Positions 17,072-27,440 of a stretch of 64,000 nucleotides of DNA are shown here, in pieces. The notes under the pieces are model-generated. The model saw nothing but the letters and a program-made list of their open reading frames with translations. It did not search any database and was not told the origin of the DNA. The translations under genes and the position numbers were made by a program. Source of the stretch: Bacteroidota bacterium (lineage in GTDB: Bacteria; Bacteroidota; Bacteroidia; AKYH767-A; 2013-40CM-41-45); NCBI GenBank assembly GCA_016711505.1, contig JADJSV010000003.1:133165-197164 (forward strand), written 5' to 3'. Each line of letters begins with the position of its first letter. Position 1 is the first letter of the stretch.

Positions 17072-18883
17072 ATGAAACCAACTGCAATTATTTTTATAGT
17101 ATTATTTCTCTTATCAAAAATTGTTTCTGCAACTGTCAGAAATGTTCCTTCTACTTACGCTAGCATTGCAGCAGCTCTTTCAGCTGCTGATCCCGGGGAT
17201 ACAATTCTTGTGGACCAGGGAACATACAATGAAAATATCGTGTGGCCATCAAAAAATGATCTTAAACTGATCAGTACAACAGGACCATCCAATACTATTA
17301 TAAATGGGAACGGGAATGGTAGTGTAATCAGAATGAATTTTTATGGAACTTCTGTAACGATCGATACGAATACGGTTATTGACGGATTTCAAATCACTGG
17401 CGGATACTTAAATTCACCGTTATCACTTGGTGCCGGAATTTACCTACAGGGTTCAAGCCCTTTGATCATGAATCTTGAAATTCATGATAACATTATGAGT
17501 TCCGTGGATTCGGGTATGGGCGGAGGAATTTGCTGTAGGTGGTATTCTTCTCCTGTCATTGCTAATTGTGTGATTCGTAATAATTCAATCACAGCTGATA
17601 TCTGGGCTGAAGGCGGAGGGATTTATATGGGAAATGGATCTAATGTAACCGTAAGAAATTCTGATATAATTGAAAATGTTGTATTATGTGATAGAGAGGT
17701 GGGAGGAGGTGGAATTTCAATATCCGAAAATAGTTTGACGAGTATTTTTAAATGCAATGTGTTACGAAATTCTACTGATGGAACCAGTTCGTTCGGATCT
17801 GGTATATTTGTGAAATCGTTAAGTACTATTGATAGTTGTTTGATTGAAGGTAATAATTCATTTGGAAGAAATCTTCATTATGGTGCAGGAATATATGTAA
17901 ATTCAGGTGTCACAATTTCCAATTCCAAAATTTCAGGTAATAGCCAGTTTGGAACTTCTCCTAGTCCGTATGGAACTACTACTTTTTATGGTGCGGGGAT
18001 AGCCTGTCGTGGTGGAACTGGATATCATACAAATATTCGTAACTGTAAAATTGACTTTAATAAAATGATCCCTGATTCTATTTCCGGATCAATTATGAAA
18101 GGAGCTGGAATCTCCACCGATTACTCAGAAATTAATATGAGAAATTCTATTGTTGCTGGAAATTCAATGGAAGGGAATTCTTTACACACTTATAAAGGTA
18201 GCGGTATATACGGATCTGGCGGAATATTTTCTGTTTACCATTCTACCATTGCTGATAATTATGTAAATAATGATTCTGCCAATTTAAGTAATGCGATCTC
18301 TGTTTATAATTCAACTCTGCATATGTACAATTCTATTTCCTGGAATCCGGATTGTAAATTTGAATTTGACTCTTTGACTTATATGCATCCGGCGATGATT
18401 AATTCAGATGTAAGAAATATTATTCCCTCTGGTGGAAATATTTCAGCCGACCCTTTATTTATTGGCGCTAATGATTATCATCTTTCCTCATTGTCTCCTT
18501 GTCTAGGTGCAGGTTTCTTCTACTTCTTCTTGATTATTGATCTGGATGGATTTCCCAGACCTATGCCTGCCGGTACAAATCCTGATATGGGACCCTATGA
18601 AAATGACCAGCCTGTCGGAGTAAATAATTTTGAAAAAGATAATCAATCTTCGGTTTTTCCAAACCCTGTGGATGCAGAATCATTAATTTCACTTCATGAT
18701 TTGAATGATAGAATAGTTCAGGTAGAAATTTACAATGGCCTCGGGCAATTAGAGATGGCTAAATCTGGGCTGTCATCAAATACTTATAATTTAAATTCTG
18801 CAAACCTGAAAAGTGGAGTTTACTTTTATCAACTAAGAACTCGATCAGGGAAATCATTGAATGGAAAATTTATTATAGATTAA
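17072..18883 (+). CDS. T9SS cargo protein with right-handed parallel beta-helix repeats and a type A CTD
   Basis: Signal peptide MKPTAIIFIVLFLLSKIVSA. Many G-rich beta-helix rungs (NSITADIWAEGGGIYMGNGSNVTV...). C-terminus VFPNPVDAESLISL...GVYFYQLRTRSG. Confidence 0.7.
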   Translation: MKPTAIIFIVLFLLSKIVSATVRNVPSTYASIAAALSAADPGDTILVDQGTYNENIVWPSKNDLKLISTTGPSNTIINGNGNGSVIRMNFYGTSVTIDTNTVIDGFQITGGYLNSPLSLGAGIYLQGSSPLIMNLEIHDNIMSSVDSGMGGGICCRWYSSPVIANCVIRNNSITADIWAEGGGIYMGNGSNVTVRNSDIIENVVLCDREVGGGGISISENSLTSIFKCNVLRNSTDGTSSFGSGIFVKSLSTIDSCLIEGNNSFGRNLHYGAGIYVNSGVTISNSKISGNSQFGTSPSPYGTTTFYGAGIACRGGTGYHTNIRNCKIDFNKMIPDSISGSIMKGAGISTDYSEINMRNSIVAGNSMEGNSLHTYKGSGIYGSGGIFSVYHSTIADNYVNNDSANLSNAISVYNSTLHMYNSISWNPDCKFEFDSLTYMHPAMINSDVRNIIPSGGNISADPLFIGANDYHLSSLSPCLGAGFFYFFLIIDLDGFPRPMPAGTNPDMGPYENDQPVGVNNFEKDNQSSVFPNPVDAESLISLHDLNDRIVQVEIYNGLGQLEMAKSGLSSNTYNLNSANLKSGVYFYQLRTRSGKSLNGKFIID

Positions 18884-19271
18884 ATAAATCTTTCAGTTGG
18901 TTTGAGAGGTGATAACGAGTAGCATTTAAAATGTACTATCATAGTAGTGCAAATTTTTCCAGAAGCGGATTAAAATTGTTAAGTTCAGTAAGCGGAGGTT
19001 GAACAGTAATTGGTTTGGGAGGTTCTTGGTGAAGAGTGAATATTCCTTTTGTTTTATTTTTTAAGTTAGTTTAGGTAGGTAAACTATAAACTTTATAGAT
19101 TATTCGATCAACTGAGACGCATTCTTTCTTTGGAAAGAATGTTTTAGGATGAATTTTGAATTCGCATCATCATATCAATGTAAAATATACTTGTTTTTAA
19201 TGTTTTATCAATTAGTTCGTATATAAACTGAAAAAATGCTTTATATTTATTTGAAATTATTCAAAAAATCC

Positions 19272-21149
19272 ATGAAAAAATCTTTACAATTTCTTTTTAT
19301 ATTCTATAGCAACTTTGCACTTGCTATTACGAATAATGTACCTTCTATGTATCCAAGTATATCAGCAGCATTAATTGCTTCACAGGCTGGAGATACCATT
19401 TTAGTGGCGCCGGGAACCTATCTTGAGAATATTGTTTGGCCCCAAACTCCGTCCTTAAAATTATTTGGTAGCGCTGGATCCTCAGCTACGATTATTGATG
19501 GCAATGCTTTAGGGAGCGTTTTAAAAATTAAGGCAGATAGTATAGGAATAATAGATACGACAACAATAATTAGTGGATTTCAGATCATGAACGGATTTGT
19601 GGATAGTGTCTTTGGAATTGGGGGCGGTGTTTTCATTCAAAATGCAAGTCCTTTTTTAACCGATTTGGATATTCATCATAATTCTGTGCGATCAGATGAT
19701 TGGGCATATGGAGCAGGGATTTGTTGTTTTATGGAAGCGCACCCTTTAATCTATCAATGCAATATTTATAATAACACCATATCTTCAAATGATTTCGCAA
19801 AGGGAGGTGGAATATATATTGGATCTTATTCAAGTGTGATATTAAGGCATTGTAATATTTATGATAATTCTATTGTGTCTGCAAGAAATGGTTCAGGAGG
19901 TGGAATCGGTATAGGATATTCCGAAAATGGTATTACAATAAGTGATTGTAACTTTTATAATAATCAAGTTGCTGCTTCAATATTTGCTGCTGGTGGAGGG
20001 GTAAGTATAAACGGAACTGAATTATTGACAATGGTCAATTGCAACATAAGTAGTAACTCTGTTGAAGGGGAGTATTCTGACGGAGGTGGTATTGATATAT
20101 CAAGTGATTCTACTTTTACGATTTTACAGAGTACTATCAGTGAAAATGTTTCTTTAGGTGTTGCACATCATGCTGGTGCCGGTATCAACTGTTATGGAAG
20201 TAGTGGTTTAATTTCTAATTGCGAAATTTCAAATAATAAACATTTTGGTGTTTCGTTATTCGAAGGGACCGGAATTTCATTAAGTGCTAGCAATGTAGCA
20301 ATGAATAATACGATAATAAAGTTTAATGAGGTCGTTCCAGATACATCATATGGTTCTGAAGTTAGAGGTGTAGCACTCATTGCTGATAATTCAGTTTTGA
20401 ATATGAGAAATTGTCTCGTGGTTTCGAATTCGTGTTATGCGAAATCAAATTATCCGTTTCTTGGAACTATTATTCACAGCGAGAATTCAACAATAAATAT
20501 TTCCCATTCTACTATTTCTGACAATATAATTAATCTTGATTCTCTGCCATTTGGTATTGCATTTTCCTCTAATAACAGCACATTGAATTTTAAAAATTCA
20601 ATTTTTTGGAATGCTGATTGTTTTAGTGAAAGGACAATTACTGTTGGATCTTTGTCTAATATAAACTTTTGTGATATCAGAAATGCATCTTTAACAAATG
20701 GAAATATTAACAGCGATCCACTGTTTGTTTCTCCAAATGATTACCACCTTTCTATGTTATCTCCTTGCTTAAATGCAGGAATTGTTTCTGTAGTAGTCCC
20801 CTATGATCTCGATAGTGTAATGCGACCTTTGCCGATAGGGACAAGTCCGGATATGGGAGCCTATGAAACTGACCAACCTGTTGGAGTAATTAGTTTCGAA
20901 AAAAATAATCAATCTTCGGTTTTTCCAAACCCTGTGGATGCAGAATCATTAATTTCACTTCGTGATCTAAATGATAGAATAGTTCAGGTAGAAATTTACA
21001 ATGGCCTCGGGCAATTAATGATCTCTAAATCTGGGCTGTCATCAAATACTTATAATTTAAATTCTGTAAACCTGAAAAGTGGAGTTTACTTTTATCAACT
21101 GACAACTCGGTCAGGGAAAATTTTAAAAGGCAAGTTTGTTGTAAATTGA
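19272..21149 (+). CDS. paralogous beta-helix T9SS cargo protein
   Basis: Same architecture as 17072..18883. The beta-helix region has diverged, but the last about 100 aa are nearly identical to the neighbour. Confidence 0.7.
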   Translation: MKKSLQFLFIFYSNFALAITNNVPSMYPSISAALIASQAGDTILVAPGTYLENIVWPQTPSLKLFGSAGSSATIIDGNALGSVLKIKADSIGIIDTTTIISGFQIMNGFVDSVFGIGGGVFIQNASPFLTDLDIHHNSVRSDDWAYGAGICCFMEAHPLIYQCNIYNNTISSNDFAKGGGIYIGSYSSVILRHCNIYDNSIVSARNGSGGGIGIGYSENGITISDCNFYNNQVAASIFAAGGGVSINGTELLTMVNCNISSNSVEGEYSDGGGIDISSDSTFTILQSTISENVSLGVAHHAGAGINCYGSSGLISNCEISNNKHFGVSLFEGTGISLSASNVAMNNTIIKFNEVVPDTSYGSEVRGVALIADNSVLNMRNCLVVSNSCYAKSNYPFLGTIIHSENSTINISHSTISDNIINLDSLPFGIAFSSNNSTLNFKNSIFWNADCFSERTITVGSLSNINFCDIRNASLTNGNINSDPLFVSPNDYHLSMLSPCLNAGIVSVVVPYDLDSVMRPLPIGTSPDMGAYETDQPVGVISFEKNNQSSVFPNPVDAESLISLRDLNDRIVQVEIYNGLGQLMISKSGLSSNTYNLNSVNLKSGVYFYQLTTRSGKILKGKFVVN

Positions 21150-21162
21150 AAATGCGGTTTAA

Positions 21163-21230
21163 GTGTGAGTTTGGGTGTGAAGTATGTAGCCATACACAGT
21201 TCACACTCAAACTCACACTGAAAGCTGCCT
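21163..21230 (+). terminator. nested hairpin terminator
   Basis: gtgtgagtttgggtgtgaa ... ttcacactcaaactcacac with an inner gtatg..catac hairpin, then ctgcctttttatc. Confidence 0.55.
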
Positions 21231-21276
21231 TTTTATCTACCAACTGAATTAAAATATTTCCCTATCTTCGCCCCCT

Positions 21277-22372
21277 ATGACATCCGACCAATTAAAAGAG
21301 ATTAAAGAGCGAGTTGAAGCCCTGAGGAGGTATCTTTGACATCGATCGAAAAGTTGCCTCTATAAAAGAAGAAGAAGAACTCACTCATGCCCCTGAGTTC
21401 TGGAATGAACCCACGCGAGCGCAGGTGGTTTTGAAGGGTATTAATCAAAAAAAGAACTGGACAGCACCATTTTTAGAATTAGAGGCGTCTGTCGATGACC
21501 TTGCCGTTTTATACGAATTTTATAAGGAAGGCGTAGCCACTGAATCTGAACTCGATCAACATTATGCCGATAGCCAGAAGCTTCTTGAAGCAATGGAATT
21601 TAAGCGTATGCTTGGTGCGTAGGAAGATCAGCTTTCTGCTGTAGTCAATATCAACTCCGGTGCCGGTGGTACTGAGAGCCAGGACTGGGCAGAAATGCTC
21701 ATGCGGATGTATATCATGTGGGGCGAGAAGAATGGCTATAAAGTCACTGAACTCGATCGCCAGGATGGTGATGGTGCCGGAATAAAATCTGCTACTTTAC
21801 AGATCGAAGGTGATTTCGCTTATGGATTTCTGAAAGCAGAAAGTGGTGTTCATCGCCTCGTGCGTATTTCTCCATTCGATTCAAATGCCCGGAGACATAC
21901 TTCTTTTGCATCAATTTATGCTTATCCGCTTGTCGATGATACTATCAATATAGAGATCAAAGATGCTGATATTGAAATTCAGACTTCACGATCAGGTGGT
22001 GCAGGTGGACAAAATGTAAATAAAGTAGAGACAAAAGTACAGCTCACCCATTTACCTACAGGAATTGTTGTTGTTTGTCAGGTTGAACGTTCTCAAATGG
22101 GAAACCGTGAACTTGCAATGAAAATGCTTCGCTCTCAACTTTACGAATTGGAGATCCGCAAACGTAATGAAGCGAAAGCTGTAACCGAAGCAGGAAAGAA
22201 AAAGATAGAATGGGGCTCACAGATCCGCTCGTATGTTTTTCATCCATATAAACTGGTGAAAGATAACCGGACCGATTATGAAACTTCCGATATTCAATCT
22301 GTAATGGATGGTGATCTGAATGAATTTATGAAAGCTTACCTGATGGAATATACTAAGATAGAAAATGCTTAA
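21277..22372 (+). CDS. prfB: peptide chain release factor 2, with the programmed +1 frameshift; additionally interrupted by an in-frame TAG at 21620..21622
   Basis: Frame 0 reads [20 protein letters not shown] to TGA at 21337. The +1 frame from 21338 encodes RF2, including ...[10 protein letters not shown]..., [16 protein letters not shown] and the C-terminus. Confidence 0.8.
21325..21340 (+). promoter_or_regulatory. RF2 autoregulatory +1 frameshift site: internal SD-like AGGAGG, then TAT CTT TGA C
   Basis: aggagg tat ctt tga c has the same architecture as E. coli AGGGGG UAU CUU UGA C. Confidence 0.85.
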
Positions 22373-22709
22373 GATCTATTTCAAATCTACTTGCGCTACT
22401 TGCAAAACAGCTCTTGACCTCATTAAAAAAAATACTGATGAAGATTATGAGTTAGTAGAATATCTTGTTGATGTACCTTCGCAAAAAGAGATCAAAGAAA
22501 TATTGAAGATGCTTGGGTTAAAAGCTTTCGATCTTGTAAGAACAAAAGAATCATTGTACAAAACGAAATTTGAAGGAAAGAAATTGACCAATGCACAATG
22601 GATAAAGATCCTTCATGAAAATCCAATACTCATCGAACGACCGATCGTTGTGAAAGATGGAAAAGCATTAATTGGACGACCAATAGAAAGAATTCTTGAA
22701 ATTATTTAA
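22365..22709 (+). CDS. ArsC/Spx/YffB-family thioredoxin-like protein
   Basis: 114 aa. [16 protein letters not shown] has the CxxC-like N-terminal motif of the ArsC family. Confidence 0.65.
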   Translation: MLKIYFKSTCATCKTALDLIKKNTDEDYELVEYLVDVPSQKEIKEILKMLGLKAFDLVRTKESLYKTKFEGKKLTNAQWIKILHENPILIERPIVVKDGKALIGRPIERILEII

Positions 22710-22726
22710 TAAAAAAAGATAGTAAA

Positions 22727-24121
22727 ATGGCAATGCGTAAAGAGAAAGATACCATGGGTATCGTTGAAGTTCCTGCTGATGTGTATTGGGGTGCCCAGAC
22801 ACAACGGTCAATTGAAAATTTCAAAATCGCTGAGGACATAAATAAAATGCCCAAAGAAATTATCAGGGCTTTTGCATATCTGAAAAAAGCTGCTGCATTG
22901 ACAAATCTGGATGCAGGAGTTTTGTCTAAAGAAAGTTCTGATCTTATCGGAAAAGTCTGTGATGAAATTTTAGCAGGAAAACTTGATGATCAGTTTCCGC
23001 TTGTCGTATGGCAAACAGGTTCCGGTACTCAATCAAACATGAACGTGAATGAAGTCATTGCTTATCGCGCTCATGTTTTAAGTGGCGGAAGTCTGATGGA
23101 CGAAAAAAAGATAATTCATCCAAACGACGATGTGAACAAGTCGCAATCATCTAACGATACATTCCCTACTGCTATGCACATCGCTGCATATTATGCTTTG
23201 ATGAATGTCACAATTCCCGGAATAAAAAAACTCCGCGATACACTTGCTGCTAAATCAAAAGAGTTCATGAATGTTGTGAAGATCGGTCGTACACATCTGA
23301 TGGATGCAACGCCACTTACACTGGGACAGGAAATAAGCGGTTATGTTTCTCAACTCGATCACGGTTTACGTGCGATCAATCATATTCTTCCACACCTTGC
23401 TGAACTTGCTCTTGGTGGTACAGCAGTTGGAACAGGAATCAATACGCCAAAAGGATATTCTGAGAATGTAGCAAAGCATATTGCAAAACTTACCGGATTA
23501 CCATTTATCACAGCAGAAAATAAATTTGAAGCACTTGCTGCACATGATGCAATTGTTGAAGCGCATGGTGCATTAAAAACTGTGGCCTGTTCATTGATGA
23601 AAATCGGAAACGATATTCGTTTACTTGCAAGCGGACCGCGTTGTGGAATAGGGGAGTTGTTCATTCCTGATAACGAACCGGGTTCTTCTATTATGCCGGG
23701 GAAAGTTAATCCAACACAATGCGAAGCAATGACAATGGTTGCCGCACAAGTATTGGGTAATGATGTTGCAATTAATATCGGCGGTGCAACCGGACATTTT
23801 GAATTGAATGTTTTCAAACCAATGATGATCTATAATTTCCTCCATTCAGCCAGACTAATTGGGGATGTTTGTGTATCTTTCAATGATAAATGTGCAGTTG
23901 GCATTGCACCCATACATGAAAATATCCGCAAGAATCTCGAAAATTCTTTGATGCTTGTCACTGCACTGAATACTAAAATCGGTTACTACAAAGCAGCAGA
24001 GATCGCACAGACAGCACACAAGCAAGGCAAAACACTAAAAGCTATGTCAGTCGAATTAGGCTACGTCACCCCCGAACAGTTTGATGAGTGGGTGAAGCCT
24101 GAAGAGATGGTGGGCTTGTAG
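22727..24121 (+). CDS. fumC: class II fumarate hydratase
   Basis: Contains [20 protein letters not shown], the fumarase/aspartase signature. Also ...[12 protein letters not shown]... About 464 aa. Confidence 0.9.
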   Translation: MAMRKEKDTMGIVEVPADVYWGAQTQRSIENFKIAEDINKMPKEIIRAFAYLKKAAALTNLDAGVLSKESSDLIGKVCDEILAGKLDDQFPLVVWQTGSGTQSNMNVNEVIAYRAHVLSGGSLMDEKKIIHPNDDVNKSQSSNDTFPTAMHIAAYYALMNVTIPGIKKLRDTLAAKSKEFMNVVKIGRTHLMDATPLTLGQEISGYVSQLDHGLRAINHILPHLAELALGGTAVGTGINTPKGYSENVAKHIAKLTGLPFITAENKFEALAAHDAIVEAHGALKTVACSLMKIGNDIRLLASGPRCGIGELFIPDNEPGSSIMPGKVNPTQCEAMTMVAAQVLGNDVAINIGGATGHFELNVFKPMMIYNFLHSARLIGDVCVSFNDKCAVGIAPIHENIRKNLENSLMLVTALNTKIGYYKAAEIAQTAHKQGKTLKAMSVELGYVTPEQFDEWVKPEEMVGL

Positions 24122-24285
24122 GTGAGTAGTAAATGGTAAATAGTGATTAGCACTGTTTACAAAATTGGATTTGTATTTCACTTATACAATGTTTACTATT
24201 TATATTATAAGTTCATAGCCTACAGAGTAATTTGTTTCATTTACGTACCCGTTGCCATTTACCACTTACTACTTACCACTTACCC
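24122..24285. repeat. GTAAGTAG/TAAATGG-rich inverted-repeat element filling the fumC to deoD spacer
   Basis: Left arm ggtgagtagtaaatggtaaatagtg starts on the fumC TAG. Right arm gccatttaccacttactacttaccacttaccc ends 8 bp before the next ATG. Related to 38377..38480. Confidence 0.55.
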
Positions 24286-24293
24286 AAAAAGAA

Positions 24294-25025
24294 ATGAGTA
24301 TACACATCGGAGCCCAGCCCAACCAAATCGCTAAAATTGTTTTTCTTGCCGGCGATCCTTTAAGAGCTAAACACATTGCTGAAAGTATGTTGACTGACGT
24401 ACAGTTAGTGAGCAGTATCCGGAATGCATTTTATTTTACAGGGAATTATAAAGGTATTCCTGTCACAGTTGGAGCAAGCGGAATGGGATGTGCATCGATT
24501 GGAATTTATTCATACGAACTTTTTAATGAATACAATGTTGAATGTATCATTCGCATTGGAACAGCCGGAGCTTATACTGACAAGTTGAAAGTTTTTGATG
24601 TGATCAATGTTGATAAAGCATACAGTGAATCTACTTACGCTAAAGATGCATTTGAATTTACTCCCGATCATTTCGAACATCAGGGCGCAGCATTTAATTT
24701 AATTAATGAAACTGCGAAGCGAATGAACATGCCGGTTATTGCAGGAAACATTCATTCAAGTGATGTGTTTTACAGAAGCACTCAAGGTACTCCAAAAGTT
24801 GCAGCAGATAATAATTGTGTGGCAGTGGAAATGGAAGCATTTGCACTTTTTGCAAATGCCAGACATCTTAATAAAATGGCGGCAACTATTCTTACAATTT
24901 CAGATGTTATCCCAACAGGTGATTATATTTCATCAGATCAACGACAGAATTCTCTAAGCAAAATGACGGAGTTAGCTATGGAATCTGCTTTAGCTATTCA
25001 GGAGTATCTTGGTAAAAAAAAATAA
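24294..25025 (+). CDS. deoD: purine nucleoside phosphorylase, DeoD type (PNP/UDP family 1)
   Basis: MSIHIGAQPNQIAKIVFLAGDPLRAKHIAE...GMGCASIGIYSYEL...IRIGTAGA is the typical DeoD pattern. Confidence 0.75.
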   Translation: MSIHIGAQPNQIAKIVFLAGDPLRAKHIAESMLTDVQLVSSIRNAFYFTGNYKGIPVTVGASGMGCASIGIYSYELFNEYNVECIIRIGTAGAYTDKLKVFDVINVDKAYSESTYAKDAFEFTPDHFEHQGAAFNLINETAKRMNMPVIAGNIHSSDVFYRSTQGTPKVAADNNCVAVEMEAFALFANARHLNKMAATILTISDVIPTGDYISSDQRQNSLSKMTELAMESALAIQEYLGKKK

Positions 25026-25104
25026 AACACTAAGAGCACTAAGCTCACAATAAGTGCACGGAATTGTTCCGTGTTCTTATTGTGAACTTAGTGCTCTTAG
25101 TGTT
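25026..25104. repeat. 79-bp near-perfect palindrome between deoD and the aminotransferase gene
   Basis: aacactaagagcactaagctcacaataag [tgcacggaattgttccgtg] cttattgtgaacttagtgctcttagtgtt. 29-bp arms with one mismatch, and an inner 7-bp hairpin. Starts immediately after the deoD TAA. Confidence 0.7.
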
Positions 25105-25114
25105 AAAAGAAATT

Positions 25115-26278
25115 ATGGATAATCTCAAAGATCTTTTCTATCTCAACCCCGAAATAACCTTCCTGAACTTCGGTTCCTATGGCGCCTGTCCAAAACCTAT
25201 TTTTGAAGATCTGCAAAAATGGCAATCAGCCATGGAGCGTGACCCTGTACAATTTATAGCTGTCAGAAGTATAGAGAATCTTCGTACTTCCAGAGAAGCT
25301 CTTGCAGAATATATTCATTGCGATGCGGATGATCTGGTTTATACTCCCAATCCTTCGTATGCAATGAATGTAATTGCAAAAAGTTTTACGATGAAACCGG
25401 GCGATGAAATACTCTCGACAAATCTGGAGTATGGAGCGATGGACCGCACATGGAATTACTATTGCAAAAAGAGCGGCGCAAAATTTATTCGCAACGAAGT
25501 CAGTTTACCTGTTGTTTCGAAAGAAAAATTTAGCGAAGAATTCTGGAAAGGATATTCGAAAAACACAAAAGCAATTTTTATAAGTCAAATTACAAGTACT
25601 ACTGCTTTAAAACTTCCGGTGGATGAAATCTGCTCAGAAGCAAAACGAAGAGGCTTGTTTACAATTGTGGATGGAGCTCATGTTCCCGGACATATTCCGC
25701 TTGACCTTTCTAAATTGGAAGTTGATGTTTATACCGGTGCCTGTCACAAGTGGATGATGACACCAAAAGGATCTTCCTTTCTCTTTGTAAAAAAGGAATT
25801 TCAGGATCAATTTGATCCTTTAGTGATCAGTTGGGGATATGAAAGTGATGCACCTTCGGAATCCCGGTTTATTGATTATCATCAGATGCAAGGAACCCGG
25901 GACTTTACCGCATTTCTGACAATTCCAAAGTCAATCGAATTCATGAAAGAAAATGATTGGCCAACGGTTGCAAAGCGTTGTTCTGAATTAGCGCGTCGAA
26001 ATTATAACAAGTTCTGTAACCTCCTGAAGACTGAACCATTGTGCCCTATAGAAAATGATTTCCTAGGTCAAATGTGTTCGATTCCAATTAAGACAACAAA
26101 ACCTTTAGTCCTGAAATCGCTTTTGTATGAAAAATACAGAATCGAAGTTCCGGTAATGGTCCATGGAAATTACACCTTTCTCCGTTATTCCATTCAGGCA
26201 TTTAATGATCAGGATGATCTTGACAAATTATATTCTGCGCTGAAGGATATCCAAAGTTCAACCGATCTTCTTGGCTAA
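25115..26278 (+). CDS. class V-fold PLP-dependent aminotransferase (isopenicillin-N-epimerase/cysteine-desulfurase-like)
   Basis: ...FLNFGSYGACPKPI..., then the lysine region TGACHKWMMTPKGSSFLFVKK. Confidence 0.65.
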   Translation: MDNLKDLFYLNPEITFLNFGSYGACPKPIFEDLQKWQSAMERDPVQFIAVRSIENLRTSREALAEYIHCDADDLVYTPNPSYAMNVIAKSFTMKPGDEILSTNLEYGAMDRTWNYYCKKSGAKFIRNEVSLPVVSKEKFSEEFWKGYSKNTKAIFISQITSTTALKLPVDEICSEAKRRGLFTIVDGAHVPGHIPLDLSKLEVDVYTGACHKWMMTPKGSSFLFVKKEFQDQFDPLVISWGYESDAPSESRFIDYHQMQGTRDFTAFLTIPKSIEFMKENDWPTVAKRCSELARRNYNKFCNLLKTEPLCPIENDFLGQMCSIPIKTTKPLVLKSLLYEKYRIEVPVMVHGNYTFLRYSIQAFNDQDDLDKLYSALKDIQSSTDLLG

Positions 26279-26440
26279 CTATTTTGTAGGGCCAATGAAC
26301 GAAAATTATTCGTGAACAATTAAATATGTTGCGTGAAATTTTTCAGTGTTTTTTTTCAATTTTCATGGGTATTTTTTACACTCCGCTATGTGAAAAATCT
26401 TTCAGATGCTTGTTGAACCATTTGATAAATTCCCTATTAT

Positions 26441-27440
26441 GTGCATAATATTCAAAGCAATATTCTCCTGATGACTTCAAATAAAATTGAGCTTTCTGTT
26501 ATAATTCCCTGCTATAACGAAGAGCTTGTCATTTCTGAAAGCTATAAAAGATTAACGGTAGTTTTAAAACAAACAGGAAAATCCTATGAATTATTATTCG
26601 TAAATGATGGGAGTGCTGATAAAACAGAAACTATTCTGGCTACACTTGCTGAAACAGACCCTGCCGTAAAAGTAATTTCATTCTCGAAAAATTTCGGACA
26701 TCAGCCTGCTGTTTCTGCCGGATTAAAATATTGTGTGGGTGAACTTGCAGTTATTATCGATGCCGATCTTCAGGATCCACCTGAAGTAATTCTTGAAATG
26801 TTGCGGATACAAAATGAAGAAAAGGCAAATGTTGTTTATGGAGTAAGGAAACATCGTAAAGGTGAAAGCGCATTCAAATTATTAACTGCAAAAATATTTT
26901 ATCGTCTTTTAAATCGAATGTCTGAAGTACAGATCCCGGTAGATACAGGTGATTTCCAGGTTGGTTGATAGAAATATCATAGATAATTTTAATAACCTGA
27001 AAGAGAAAAATAAATATATCCGCGGACTGATCAGTTGGTTTGGGTATAAGCAGGTTCCGGTTTATTACAACCGCGATGAACGTTTTGCCGGTGAAACAAA
27101 ATTTCCCTTCAAGAAAATGTTCCGGTTCGCTACTAACAGTTTGTTGTATTTTTCAAGAAAGCCTCTGAAGATCGCTTCTGTTGTTGGTATGATCTGTATC
27201 GGACTTGGATTATTCTATTTGTTCCTGAATTTGTATTACTGGTTCTTCCATCTTAGAACAATGGTCACAGGCTGGACGTCATTGGTTGTTATTATTGTTT
27301 TCTTCGGAGGCATTCAACTTTTGACAATAGGAGTTTTAGGACAGTATATTGGTATTTTATTTGACGAAATTAAAGACAGACCTGAGTTTCTGGTCAGCAG
27401 AACAATCAATACAGAAAAATTGAAAGATGACAAAAAGTAA
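26441..27440 (+). pseudogene. GT2 polyprenyl-phosphate sugar transferase (GtrB/DPM1/ArnC-like) split by a 1-bp frameshift near 26958
   Basis: ORF1 reads SVIIPCYNEE...DADLQDPPE...VDTGDFQVG*. ORF2 continues (M)ISRLVDRNIID...FAGETKFPF plus two C-terminal TM helices. Removing one C in gatttCCagg gives the consensus DTGDFRLVDR. Confidence 0.55.

Noticed and set aside
21620-21622. Reassignment of UAG to a sense codon as the explanation for the prfB in-frame TAG
   Set aside because: rng (15221..15223), fumC (24119..24121) and mlaF (38377..38379) all terminate with TAG exactly where their homologues end.
23380-23845. Two antisense ORFs (145 aa and 74 aa) inside fumC
   Set aside because: They are entirely embedded in a well-supported conserved gene. 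They have Ala/Pro/Ser-rich antisense composition.
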